From Sedimentisphaerales bacterium (GTDB lineage: Bacteria; Planctomycetota; Phycisphaerae; Sedimentisphaerales; Anaerobacaceae): 64,000 nucleotides of DNA. Location of the stretch: assembly GCA_963708075.1 (NCBI GenBank), contig OY970194.1, positions 2,464,001-2,528,000 of the forward strand, read 5' to 3'. Position numbers and translations under genes: made by a program. The notes under the pieces were generated by a model that saw only the letters and a program-made list of their open reading frames with translations, was not told where the DNA came from and did no database searches. This document shows, one piece after another, positions 41,801 through 49,556 of the stretch (position 1 is its first letter; each line of letters starts with the position of its first letter).

Positions 41801-42327
41801 ATGAATTTGCCTTCCAGAAGCTGCGAGTACTCGTGGAAGATCATGGCAATATCGGCAAACTTCAGGGCCGTGAGTCGATTGCCCTCGCCCTCCTGCAACT
41901 GGCCCGCCAACTCATCCAGATCCTCCGGCACGAGCGCGTAATGGTGCAGCTCGGATACCATGCCCGCCATCTGCCGGGCAAAGCCGGGCAACAGGGCCGA
42001 TGGGCCATAGATTCGCAGCTTGTCCTTGGTATCCCGCAGGACCTTGTGGATGAGCATCTCCCGGCCGATCCGCGAGATCGCGGGCCGGGCCGTATGCCTG
42101 CCCAACAGAAGCAGTTGCAGCCGGTCAAACGAGAGGATGTGCAGCCTGTGATAGCCCCCCACCCGGGGGTCGGACAGGATCGCACGCTCCGCCTGGTACG
42201 TCGCCTGTTCCGGCACGAGGAAGAGCAGCGGCTGTTCCGACGGTTCCTGCAGCGCATCAGCAATCGAACGAACACAAAAGCTCGTCTTGCCCGTCCCGCT
42301 CCGTCCCAGAACAAACTGAACCGCCAT
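38890..42327 (-). CDS. addB: Helicase-nuclease AddB
   Basis: LGRSGTGKT, LVPEQATYQAE, TCPYRHF, GKIDRLD...LDYK, C-terminal CTFCEFLPVC Fe-S ligands. Confidence 0.93.
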   Translation of the reverse strand: MAVQFVLGRSGTGKTSFCVRSIADALQEPSEQPLLFLVPEQATYQAERAILSDPRVGGYHRLHILSFDRLQLLLLGRHTARPAISRIGREMLIHKVLRDTKDKLRIYGPSALLPGFARQMAGMVSELHHYALVPEDLDELAGQLQEGEGNRLTALKFADIAMIFHEYSQLLEGKFIDPEAQVNAACRAIADMDFVKGARLWIDGFASFTGAELAILGELLKAVDHAYVAFCVDPARVGSITSHYFAPPPEGLFEPVERTYFDLLRWAAECKIHLTQPIILSKVRRFDACPPLGHVEGSIFCPGAAQSKAGGRIRLISAPNLRSEIQFVARQILTLVRDKGYRYRDIAVVASDLNHYEQYVRAYFDSYGIPFFIDKRKPLNQHPVVELICTALEAVTGGFDHADVFAYLKSDLAAIDPAQIDLLENYCLAFGVDGRDWLSSEPWRFRAADDTDFDEDAINRIRDQVIEPLLTLRTALHLNGNAQKTLTAGAFTRCIFDLLDSLRVRERLNKWVEQAREQGDLSTADEHRQFFDTLIDVFDELAEVFTHEEMTAQDYFGILHSAFSQMTLALIPPSLDQVLVGSIERSRHPSLKAIFLLGATQKQFPIPIPATGVLTDEDRCAAETAEFHIAPVTAQFLADRQYLAYIAFTRPSEFLCISFPCLDEKGGPIAHSHFIDDLKLLFDDLHEEFVGDNLLELDDVRNGAELTELLCTRLGRDAFLAAACDKDRLKGLLDAMQLAGDQESIIRPVAAALSYENHASLEPAVAKELFGSEIRGSATRLAAFATCPYRHFVRYTLDLKPRREFKLDPLDLGLFYHSVLDSLQRRLSAERESFASVKEDRLVLLLDEQIAKLMEQDSFLSNFVQRSAHNAFVIYSAGEVLRDCVLAIAQMVRAGSFRPRLSEAAFGHAADASSKFSRFELPLPDGRRLILSGKIDRLDIAEVNGRKAALILDYKRTQSGARFDWSSLYHGLDVQLAIYMLAVHHAGSAYADDIAGALYLPIETPPQRAKPDEFDEGSRKFQRKARGIINGAYCGHLDAGAAGYSDYYGFYVKKDGDPYGQYSRSNALRPAHFTSLLEWSRKNVIRLAADIASGRIECKPYHRGSERGCTFCEFLPVCHFDWQINDYNFLSPISKDDLIAKLENG

Positions 42328-42500
42328 GCCAGCCTTCCGTGGCGCCCCTCAAACACAACGGGGCGTTTGGGGGCCCCGTGCACCTAACCAAAACGTCCGA
42401 GAACTTGTACCAGACCTCCGGCCGTCTTTCAACAGAAATGCGCAACAGTTTCTGCTGGGGGCGTACGACAAGATTGTGGCAGAGCGAGGATTAGGCTCTT

Positions 42501-42590
42501 GGGTGGCAGCGTCAAGCGGCAGCTTGGCGATGGCGTTCTTGGGATGCGCCACCACCATCGCCAAGGCCTGCGGCCTTGACGCTGCCACCC
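42501..42590. repeat. REP doublet (90 bp) upstream of addB
   Basis: GGGTGGCAGCGTCAAGCGGCAGCTTGGCGATGG...CCATCGCCAAGGCCTGCGGCCTTGACGCTGCCACCC. Confidence 0.9.
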
Positions 42591-42668
42591 GGGTCGAGTG
42601 CCACTTCTTTGTCGTACACCCTCTGCTGGGTGCATGACAGTTGCAGGGCTGACGCGGGGCATTCCGGG

Positions 42669-43586
42669 TCAGGCGACGCTGATGACGGCGAGGCTGGGGG
42701 TGGCCGGCTTGGGGGCGAGGGTCGCGACCTCGGCGAGGCGCTGAGCGTAGGCGAGGTCGGCGTCGCCGATGGTGTCGAGCACTGCTTCGTCGGCCGCTTC
42801 ATCGCGCAATCTTCGCAGGGCGGCGTCCACGAGCAGCAGCAAGGGATTGTAGAAGTACAACACCTGGACGCAATTCTGGACAAGGTGGACCCACAAATCG
42901 CATCGCTTGACGTGGGCGAGCTCGTGGAACAGCACGTCGCGCAGGTGACGAGAGCCGAGCGTGGGAGCAAGATTGCGAGGTACGACGATCACCGGGCGGA
43001 ACAGGCCGCACACGACCGGCTCAGTCCCATCCTCGGAGACTTTCAGTTGGACTCTGCCCCGGATACCCATGCGCTTGCGGCAGTAGGCGAGAATGTCCTT
43101 CATCAGAAGATTGGCCGTCGGCGAGCCTTCGATCCGCCGGCAGGCGGTCAGGGCACGATGCACCAGGATGCCGCTGACGGCAAAGACGCCGGCCAGCCAG
43201 AGCACGAACACTGCCCCCTGCCACGTCAGACTCAGTGGTCGCTCCCCTACCCCAGCCGCTGTGGTCTGGGATTGTCCGGTGATGGGCCGGGATAGGGGAG
43301 CGTTGCTGTGGCTTGCCGGCGCAGGGAATACCGGGTCTGCATAGGCAGCCGTGCCGGCTTGCCAATGGGTAGAAGGAGGATTCAGTGAGAATAACGGTAT
43401 CAACAGAAGATAAGCCAGGACCGACGCCACCAGCCAGTACCGCAGTGCCGCACGGACCCGCGTTCGCAGGAAGAACTCCACCGCCAACACAAAGGCGATC
43501 AACACCGTAGATGTCAGCAGCATCGGCAGGGCAAGTCCTACGAAGGCTTCACCCATCGTATTCACTTGTTCGATTATCCATTCCAT
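42669..43586 (-). CDS. BlaR1/MecR1-like M56 family metallopeptidase
   Basis: TM segments; P.VCGLFRP.I..P; HELAHVKRCD; FYNPL...DEAADE. Confidence 0.9.
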   Translation of the reverse strand: MEWIIEQVNTMGEAFVGLALPMLLTSTVLIAFVLAVEFFLRTRVRAALRYWLVASVLAYLLLIPLFSLNPPSTHWQAGTAAYADPVFPAPASHSNAPLSRPITGQSQTTAAGVGERPLSLTWQGAVFVLWLAGVFAVSGILVHRALTACRRIEGSPTANLLMKDILAYCRKRMGIRGRVQLKVSEDGTEPVVCGLFRPVIVVPRNLAPTLGSRHLRDVLFHELAHVKRCDLWVHLVQNCVQVLYFYNPLLLLVDAALRRLRDEAADEAVLDTIGDADLAYAQRLAEVATLAPKPATPSLAVISVA

Positions 43587-43785
43587 ATCGCGTCCTTTAC
43601 AGATTAAGACGCCCGAAACGGAAATCTATTACACGGAAAATGCGAGAATTCCGGCCCGGGCCTTATCGACAGGATGAATCGATTGGACGCGGATCGGGTT
43701 TTGTGTTTCAATATGCAGCGGCACCGGCCAGTTGAAACGTCGACCGGTTGTGATCGGTAATGATGACATCGTACGGAGACAACTT

Positions 43786-43884
43786 GTGTTAGGCCTGCTA
43801 CTGAGCCCAAGCGAAGTCGTGGTGCTCATGATCATCACGGCGGTCGTTGTGTACCTCGCCTCGCGCAAGAGTCGAACGAAGTAG
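43786..43884 (+). CDS. Putative 32-aa single-TM small protein
   Basis: GGAG then GTG start: MLGLLLSPSEVVVLMIITAVVVYLASRKSRTK; below the ORF-track cutoff. Confidence 0.4.
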   Translation: MLGLLLSPSEVVVLMIITAVVVYLASRKSRTK

Positions 43885-43913
43885 TCTTCCGCAGAAAGCG
43901 GGCCGCTGCAAGC

Positions 43914-44336
43914 CTACTGGCTCCAATCCCGTCTTGCTCTCTCGCTCTTGATGCGACTGCGTTGTCTTTTCTCCTCGAGCCGCCGCTCACGAGCGGACGT
44001 AGGGATCCTGGTCTTCCTGCGAATAGGCAGTGGCTTCAGAGCCTCCTGCAGAAGTTGCTGTAATCGCTCCACCGCCGCCTGGCGGTTGGCCTCCTGCGAG
44101 CGATGTCTCTGTGAGACGACGTGGAGAATCCCGTGTCGATCCATTCGGGTCGAGAGCTTGCTCGCGATGCGTTGCTTCTGCTCCTCGGACAAGCTCGGCG
44201 ATTGGCTCACGTCCAAGAGCACAGTGACTCGCGTGTTGAGCTTGTTGACGTTCTGCCCGCCGGGACCACCGCTCCGCGAGGTCTTGAATGTCAGCTCCTC
44301 TTCCGAGATGAACGTGTTTTCACCGATCTCAATCAT
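43914..44336 (-). CDS. arfB: Alternative ribosome rescue factor ArfB
   Basis: SRSGGPGGQNVNK, RSQEANR, basic tail RRLEEKRQRSRIKSER. Confidence 0.95.
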   Translation of the reverse strand: MIEIGENTFISEEELTFKTSRSGGPGGQNVNKLNTRVTVLLDVSQSPSLSEEQKQRIASKLSTRMDRHGILHVVSQRHRSQEANRQAAVERLQQLLQEALKPLPIRRKTRIPTSARERRLEEKRQRSRIKSERARRDWSQ

Positions 44337-44484
44337 GTCCGATCCGGGAACGCCTTTCGCCTCCATGATATCCCGTGTGCCGGCAAGCACAACCAAATAT
44401 GCACGCCCGTTCACTGCGTTCTCGGGGCGGTGCGGCCGGCCGTCGACGCCGGATTCGGGCCGCGTTGAGGGCCTTTACCGGCGA

Positions 44485-45768
44485 TCAATACGAGCGGGCC
44501 ACGTCATGGTTGTGGTATGCGACCCGCGGCCGAGCCCGCAGCACCACCCCGGCGCCCGCGGCCGGCGTTGGACGTTGGCTTTGTTTCGCACGGCCGTCCC
44601 CGTTCGTAGTGACGCCGCAAGGCGTTTGGCGGGAAGTGTCAAGTGCAGGTCCACCGCTTGACACTTGACACTTCAAACTTGAAACTCCCCCCTGAATTGG
44701 CTTTGTTTCGCACGATGGTTTGTCCTCGGCCGCCGGCCCAGCCTCACGTGACACTTCACACTTCAAACTTGAGACTTCCCCCGATTGGCTTTGTTTCGCA
44801 CGATCCGTTTCACAGGGTAGGCAGTGCCCACCTTCCACCGTCACAGATTGGCTTTGTTTCGTGCAGTCGCTTACGACAGTATGGGTGGCAGCGTCAAGCG
44901 AAGCTTGGCGATGGTCTTCCTGAGGCTCCTCGAATTGGCTTTGTTTCGCGTAATCAGTCTCGCAGGGTGGGCTGTGCCCACTTTCCACCGTCACAGATTG
45001 GCTTTGTTTCGCACAGTCGCTTACGACAGTATGGGTGGCAGCGTCAAGCGAAGCTTGGCGATGGTCTTTCTGAGGCGCCTCAAATTGGCTTTGTTTCGCA
45101 GAATCGCTCGTCCCCTCCCGGGTGGCATCGTCAAGCGCAGGCTTGCCGATGGCGTCAGGATGCAGCCCAACACCATCGGCAAGCTCCGCAGGCTGCGCTT
45201 GCCGCTGCCACCCGTCACTGCCTGACACTTGACACTTCACACTTGAAACTTCTTCCCCTGCTTTTCCCTCCCGCCGGACCTGTCGCAGTTCCTTCATCGT
45301 CCGGTACAGGCTGCTCTCGATCCGCCGCTCATGCATCGATAGCCGGTCGAGGGTCCTTGTCTCGGCGAAGTCGCGTGCGACCGCCCGCCCGAAGGCCAAC
45401 TCGGCCCTGGCCGATGGATCGCGGTTCTCACGGCAGCACTTGACCCAGCCGTCGCCACGATCCGCCTCAAGGAGATAGTCGAGGGCCTCATCCTGCATGC
45501 GTTCGGCCCGTTTGAGCCGCCACCAGAGACCGACGATGCGTTCCGCCATCGCCTCTTCCTCCGGCCCATCCGGAGCCAGCTTCCGGAGCATCCGGCTGCG
45601 GTGCAGCTCGAATTCCTGCGAATCTTCGTTCCTGAGCACGGCCTGGCGGGCCCACAGGCCATGCTTGACGGCGTTCTGCGCCACGACGGCCTTGCCCTCT
45701 GTGGTGCGGGGTCCGGTGGATTTGGCGGCGTTACGACGGTTGGCGGCGACTCGTGCCTGGCTACCCAT
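44485..45768 (-). CDS. Hypothetical protein with NRRNAAKSTGPRTTEGK...NAVKHGL N-terminal motif and repeat-derived C-terminal half
   Basis: RBS GGAGG before MGSQARVAANRRN; helical N-terminal domain of about 170 aa; C-terminus of KQSQ, VSSxKCxVS and HRQASLDAAT units. Confidence 0.75.
   Translation of the reverse strand: MGSQARVAANRRNAAKSTGPRTTEGKAVVAQNAVKHGLWARQAVLRNEDSQEFELHRSRMLRKLAPDGPEEEAMAERIVGLWWRLKRAERMQDEALDYLLEADRGDGWVKCCRENRDPSARAELAFGRAVARDFAETRTLDRLSMHERRIESSLYRTMKELRQVRREGKAGEEVSSVKCQVSGSDGWQRQAQPAELADGVGLHPDAIGKPALDDATREGTSDSAKQSQFEAPQKDHRQASLDAATHTVVSDCAKQSQSVTVESGHSPPCETDYAKQSQFEEPQEDHRQASLDAATHTVVSDCTKQSQSVTVEGGHCLPCETDRAKQSQSGEVSSLKCEVSREAGPAAEDKPSCETKPIQGGVSSLKCQVSSGGPALDTSRQTPCGVTTNGDGRAKQSQRPTPAAGAGVVLRARPRVAYHNHDVARSY
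44575..45100. repeat. Array of seven 16-bp direct repeats TTGGCTTTGTTTCGCA with 47-106 bp spacers
   Basis: Copies start at 44575, 44697, 44785, 44848, 44935, 44998 and 45085; five identical, two differ in the last 1-2 nt. Confidence 0.92.
45120..45213. repeat. REP doublet variant B (94 bp) inside ORF 44485-45768
   Basis: GGGTGGCATCGTCAAGCGCAGGCTTGCCGATGG...CCATCGGCAAGCTCCGCAGGCTGCGCTTGCCGCTGCCACCC. Confidence 0.85.
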
Positions 45769-45786
45769 GGGAAACCTCCGGAATCT

Positions 45787-45814
45787 ATGATTTTTGATGT
45801 TTGATTTTTGATTT
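45787..45814. repeat. Heptamer tandem repeat (TTGATTT)x4 just upstream of the repeat-array gene
   Basis: ATGATTT TTGATGT TTGATTT TTGATTT. Confidence 0.75.
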
Positions 45815-46187
45815 GAACATGGCCGCAGGCCTGCCGGGTGCGCCGGCGCCCGGTGAGACGTGGTCATCAGACCATATACTAAAGACGCTCCAGAGGGCGA
45901 AATGTTTCAGGAATGTTGGTTATATAGTGACATTATACGCAAGCCCTTGTGGCCCAGAGACTTACATCGCCTTATTTTTTGTGCCCAGGACAGAAGGCGG
46001 GCATGCGCCACCCTGCGACGGCGGCGACGAGTGCTCCGAGCGCACCCCTTGGCGCAGCGAATGGCGGTTCTCGTGGCGGTCGAGGGCATCAAAAGAAATG
46101 CATTCAACGCGATCAGAGCATCGCTCAGGGATTCGTCCCGAGTTTGAGTCTCTTGCCGCGGCTGGAGGACAACAACCGGCCGAGGAT

Positions 46188-46655
46188 TCAGTCTTCGTCC
46201 GGACGATAGGCGATGTCCGCGATCTCCGGCTGGGCCAGCGAGAGGTAATCCTCCATCCTCATGTGGATTGCCCGATCGTGGCTGCCCGCCTGGAAGACGA
46301 TGTGGTCGTCGCAGGTCAGGGCCTGATCCATGATGGTGCGGACATCATACAGCTTGCCAAATGGCGGCTCCGCCCCCTCCTCGCAGTCCGGGAACAGCTT
46401 GCGAGTCTCCTCTTCGCTCGCCATCGTGATCTCCTGAGTGCCGAGATAGTCTCGGAGCTTGTCGAAGACCACTTTGTGAGGCGCCGCGAGCACGCACATG
46501 ATGTAACCACGATCGGACTTGATGATCACGGGCTTTGCTACAAACTGGCCTCTCTCATGTTCCTCTGCCGCCACTATTTGGGCTGAATATGCCGGCTCAT
46601 GCTCGCTGACCGAGTAATCGGCGCGAGACTGGTCCAGATAGTCAAAGATCTTCAT
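46188..46655 (-). CDS. YbaK/ProX-family aminoacyl-tRNA deacylase
   Basis: H.PAYSAQ.VA, VAKPVIIK, FPDCEEGAEPPFG.LY, IVFQAGSH. Confidence 0.88.
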   Translation of the reverse strand: MKIFDYLDQSRADYSVSEHEPAYSAQIVAAEEHERGQFVAKPVIIKSDRGYIMCVLAAPHKVVFDKLRDYLGTQEITMASEEETRKLFPDCEEGAEPPFGKLYDVRTIMDQALTCDDHIVFQAGSHDRAIHMRMEDYLSLAQPEIADIAYRPDED

Positions 46656-47249
46656 GACTGTCTCCTTCAGGCCGAATCGGTATCCGTATTGCTGAGCCCA
46701 CATTACCCGGCGACCCAGCCGTGGGGAATCAGGATACGCCTCAATAGGCACGGGGGAATTTCCCATCATCATTCCTGTCGAGAATTTGCACAGGCGACGA
46801 TTTTTTGAGTCCGGCGACGAAATTTCCTTCGGCCCCACTTTGCAGGTTATCGGGGCTAAGTGGGGCAGACCATCGTACACAGGAGAACGCCCGCCACGTG
46901 AATCACTGTGGGCCGGGGCAGCTTGGGAAACGGGGGAAAATGGCTTCCCCGCGACAGCGATTTACCCACCCGATTGACGCGATTGCCCGTCGGCCGCGGG
47001 TCCCCAGAAAGGCTCAAGAGCCGTTGTCGCGCCTGCCGATTGGACATGTAGAACGATTAGAACGCAGCGTCAATGACATAAGGGGGTCCATTGACGAAGA
47101 CAAGCGTAGCAACTCATTGACATCTATATAGCCGATGGAACTTTCGCCCCTGGGCAGCGACTGGCGGGTATTTCAAACATATACCTAACTGGCATTGGGA
47201 ATATCCTCGCACAGGCTCCGCAGGGGCTTTTTCTTTGTTCCGATTGATT

Positions 47250-47442
47250 ATGGAAGCAGTAGACATCCTCAAACAAGCAGCGGGGATGAGGCTGGAAGAC
47301 GAGGACGGCGGAGTCGAGAACCGGCGACGGCTTCTCGTGGGGCCGCTACGGCCCGCGGACCGTCAACAAGCGTTTCGGCGAGAAACGCATCTTCGCCTAT
47401 CAGATGCGCAAATCCTTCTGGCAGCGCCTGCTGGGAAAGTGA
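47250..47442 (+). pseudogene. Internally deleted gene remnant (ends resemble an SMI1/KNR4-like protein)
   Basis: MEAVDILKQAAGMRLEDEDGG joined out of frame to TGDGFSWGRYGPRTVNKRFGEKRIFAYQMRKSFWQRLLGK-stop; family assignment from memory only. Confidence 0.45.
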
Positions 47443-47483
47443 CGCTCTCAGGCCTGATTCAAGATCGGGTAACAATCCTGGGC

Positions 47484-47564
47484 GGGTGGCAGCGTCAAGG
47501 TCGAAGGCCTTGGCGATTGGCGGATGGGCGAACCATCGCCAAGCTGCGCTTGACGCTGCCACCC
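47484..47564. repeat. REP doublet (81 bp), opposite orientation, downstream of the GH30 gene
   Basis: GGGTGGCAGCGTCAAGGTCGAAGGCCTTGGCGAT...CCATCGCCAAGCTGCGCTTGACGCTGCCACCC. Confidence 0.9.
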
Positions 47565-47625
47565 GTTGCACGTTATAGGAGTGTTACCTCGGGATGCGGG
47601 AAATCGAACCAAGCCCACTCTCATG

Positions 47626-49047
47626 TCACGGACGGATTCTGCCTGAAAACGTCACGATGCTCTGGGAGGTCATCTCAAAGGCGGCTTTGCCTTCCTTGAC
47701 AGGGACTTCCCCCACCACCGCCAGATTCTCTGAGGCAGAAGTGCGATGGGCCTCCAGCGAGACGAAGCCTTTGAGATTGCGGAAGGAAAGGTTCAGGGGC
47801 TGGTTCTGGTCGGTGGAATTCAGGGCGACGACGGTCAGCTCGCCGTTCTTCTCGTGGAGGAAGGCACCGACCTGGACAGCAGCGAAACCCGGCTCTGCGT
47901 CGATGCGCTGGGCACCGGGACGGATGAACTTCGTATAGTGCATCGCCGTGTAGGTTTTCGGCGTGTAACCGCTCATCTCCATGAGGGCGTGAACGGTTTT
48001 TCTGCCCTCGGTGATCTGCCAGGGCACGAAGGCCGAGCAGTTGCCGGCCACCAGCGCGTTGTGCAGAGCGTTGCCGACACCTTTTTGGATGGGGGCGGGC
48101 CAGTCGTGGTCGCCCGTGCCGCCCTCGGTGATCCAGAAGGGCTTGCCGGTGTCCTTGATCAGCTCCCAGAACTGGCGCGACGAATTGGCGGACATCTCCG
48201 CCTTGACCCCGTCCTCGTAGCCATGAGTGGCAAAGACGCCGAGGGCTTGCAGGGCCTTGGGATTGTCCCGCACGGCTTTCACATAGGAGCCCGTGCCGCC
48301 TTCGTAGAGATGGCTGGTCATGGTCTCGGGCCCGAAGATTTTTACGTGGCTGTAGCCCTCCGCATCGAGCGTCTCGCGGAGCATGACGACAATGGCGGCG
48401 AGGTCCTTGCCGTCCCAGACACAGCTTTCGAACGACTGGGAAAACTGCACCTCGTTGCCCGGGCTGACGGCGTAGAACGGCACGCCTTGTTTGTCGTGGA
48501 TCTTCACGTACTCCACCATCCACTTGCAGAAGTGCCGAAAGTACTTCGGGTCAACGCGGTTGTTGTTCGTGCCGTAGCCGCCGGCGCGGATGGCGCTGGA
48601 CTTTGTGTCCGTGATCGACTTGTTGACCTTCATCCAGGCGGGCGGGCTCCAGACCGTTCCGATGATCTTGGTATTCGGATCGATCTTACGGATGCCCCGG
48701 CCGAAGTCGATGAAGATCTGGGGCCGGCCGCCGTCGGCGCCCATGTTGAAATCCTCGCAGCGGATCTGAGTCCAGTCCTCCGTCGGCTTCTCGAACGTGG
48801 GACCCCACATGTTCACGCGCAGCATGCTACAACCGACGCCCTCGACGTAGATTCTCTGGAATTCCTCCGTGCGATAGAGGTCGCGGAATCGGCCGACCCA
48901 TGCGATGAGGCACGTCCCGAAACCCTCCATCGTCTGATAGCGCTTGGCCCCATCGACCACAACATCCGTCGCCGAGGCGGGAGCCGCAAGGCCTGCAATA
49001 CCTGCAATGACCAGAAATGCAGTCAGCTTCGTGGACTTGGAACGCAT
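47626..49047 (-). CDS. Secreted glycoside hydrolase family 30
   Basis: QTMEGFG, WSPPAWMK, SPGNE (acid/base), FWITE (nucleophile), KFIRPGAQRI. Confidence 0.88.
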   Translation of the reverse strand: MRSKSTKLTAFLVIAGIAGLAAPASATDVVVDGAKRYQTMEGFGTCLIAWVGRFRDLYRTEEFQRIYVEGVGCSMLRVNMWGPTFEKPTEDWTQIRCEDFNMGADGGRPQIFIDFGRGIRKIDPNTKIIGTVWSPPAWMKVNKSITDTKSSAIRAGGYGTNNNRVDPKYFRHFCKWMVEYVKIHDKQGVPFYAVSPGNEVQFSQSFESCVWDGKDLAAIVVMLRETLDAEGYSHVKIFGPETMTSHLYEGGTGSYVKAVRDNPKALQALGVFATHGYEDGVKAEMSANSSRQFWELIKDTGKPFWITEGGTGDHDWPAPIQKGVGNALHNALVAGNCSAFVPWQITEGRKTVHALMEMSGYTPKTYTAMHYTKFIRPGAQRIDAEPGFAAVQVGAFLHEKNGELTVVALNSTDQNQPLNLSFRNLKGFVSLEAHRTSASENLAVVGEVPVKEGKAAFEMTSQSIVTFSGRIRP

Positions 49048-49465
49048 AATGCTCTCCTTTCAAACGGGCCGACACCCGGCCACGGTACATCCACTCGTGT
49101 TCAGTGACTCAACGCCGGCACAATCCTACCTGAAGGCTGAGCAGTCAAGCAAGACCGGCGAGGGTGAGAAGATAGGAAAACAATCGACGGATTCGTGCGT
49201 TCTTCCCGTTTTCCATTCATGCCCTTTGTGTCCGGCCACTCTGGGGGGCACTGATCTGGCTGCTGACAGGGCTTATCCACGCACCCAGATGGGCAGCGGC
49301 TGTCAAGTTGGCGTGCGGGGTGGGGGTGAGTGCCTGAATTGGCACCCTGGCGGCAGATACGGGGGTAACGCACAGAGCAGCGGTGAAATCTGGTATTTCG
49401 CTAAGTGATGCAAGAACAGGGATTTACAGATGACGGGGGCAAATTGGACCGGTAAGATGGGCCTC

Positions 49466-49481
49466 TGGTACATTTTTTGCA
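49466..49481 (+). promoter_or_regulatory. Candidate sigma-54 (-24/-12) promoter for the groEL operon
   Basis: TGGTACATTTTTTGCA has GG-N10-GC spacing and one mismatch to TGGCAC-N5-TTGCA; 75 bp upstream of the groEL ATG. Confidence 0.55.
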
Positions 49482-49556
49482 GGTTAACCTTGCCTATGCG
49501 ATCATTCATTGAGAAAAATCGTTGATAACGCATGCACTTTAAGGAGGCACGCAATT

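Noticed and set aside
44575..45100. CRISPR array
   Set aside because: Repeat is only 16 bp, spacers are 47-106 bp, uneven and duplicated, the array lies in an ORF, and no cas genes are in the window; kept as a non-CRISPR array.
49273..49281. DnaA-box-like TTATCCACG
   Set aside because: Single imperfect copy far from dnaA, with no cluster.
49300..49360. CIRCE element upstream of groEL
   Set aside because: GAGTGCC and TTGGCAC half-sites occur in the wrong order and spacing.
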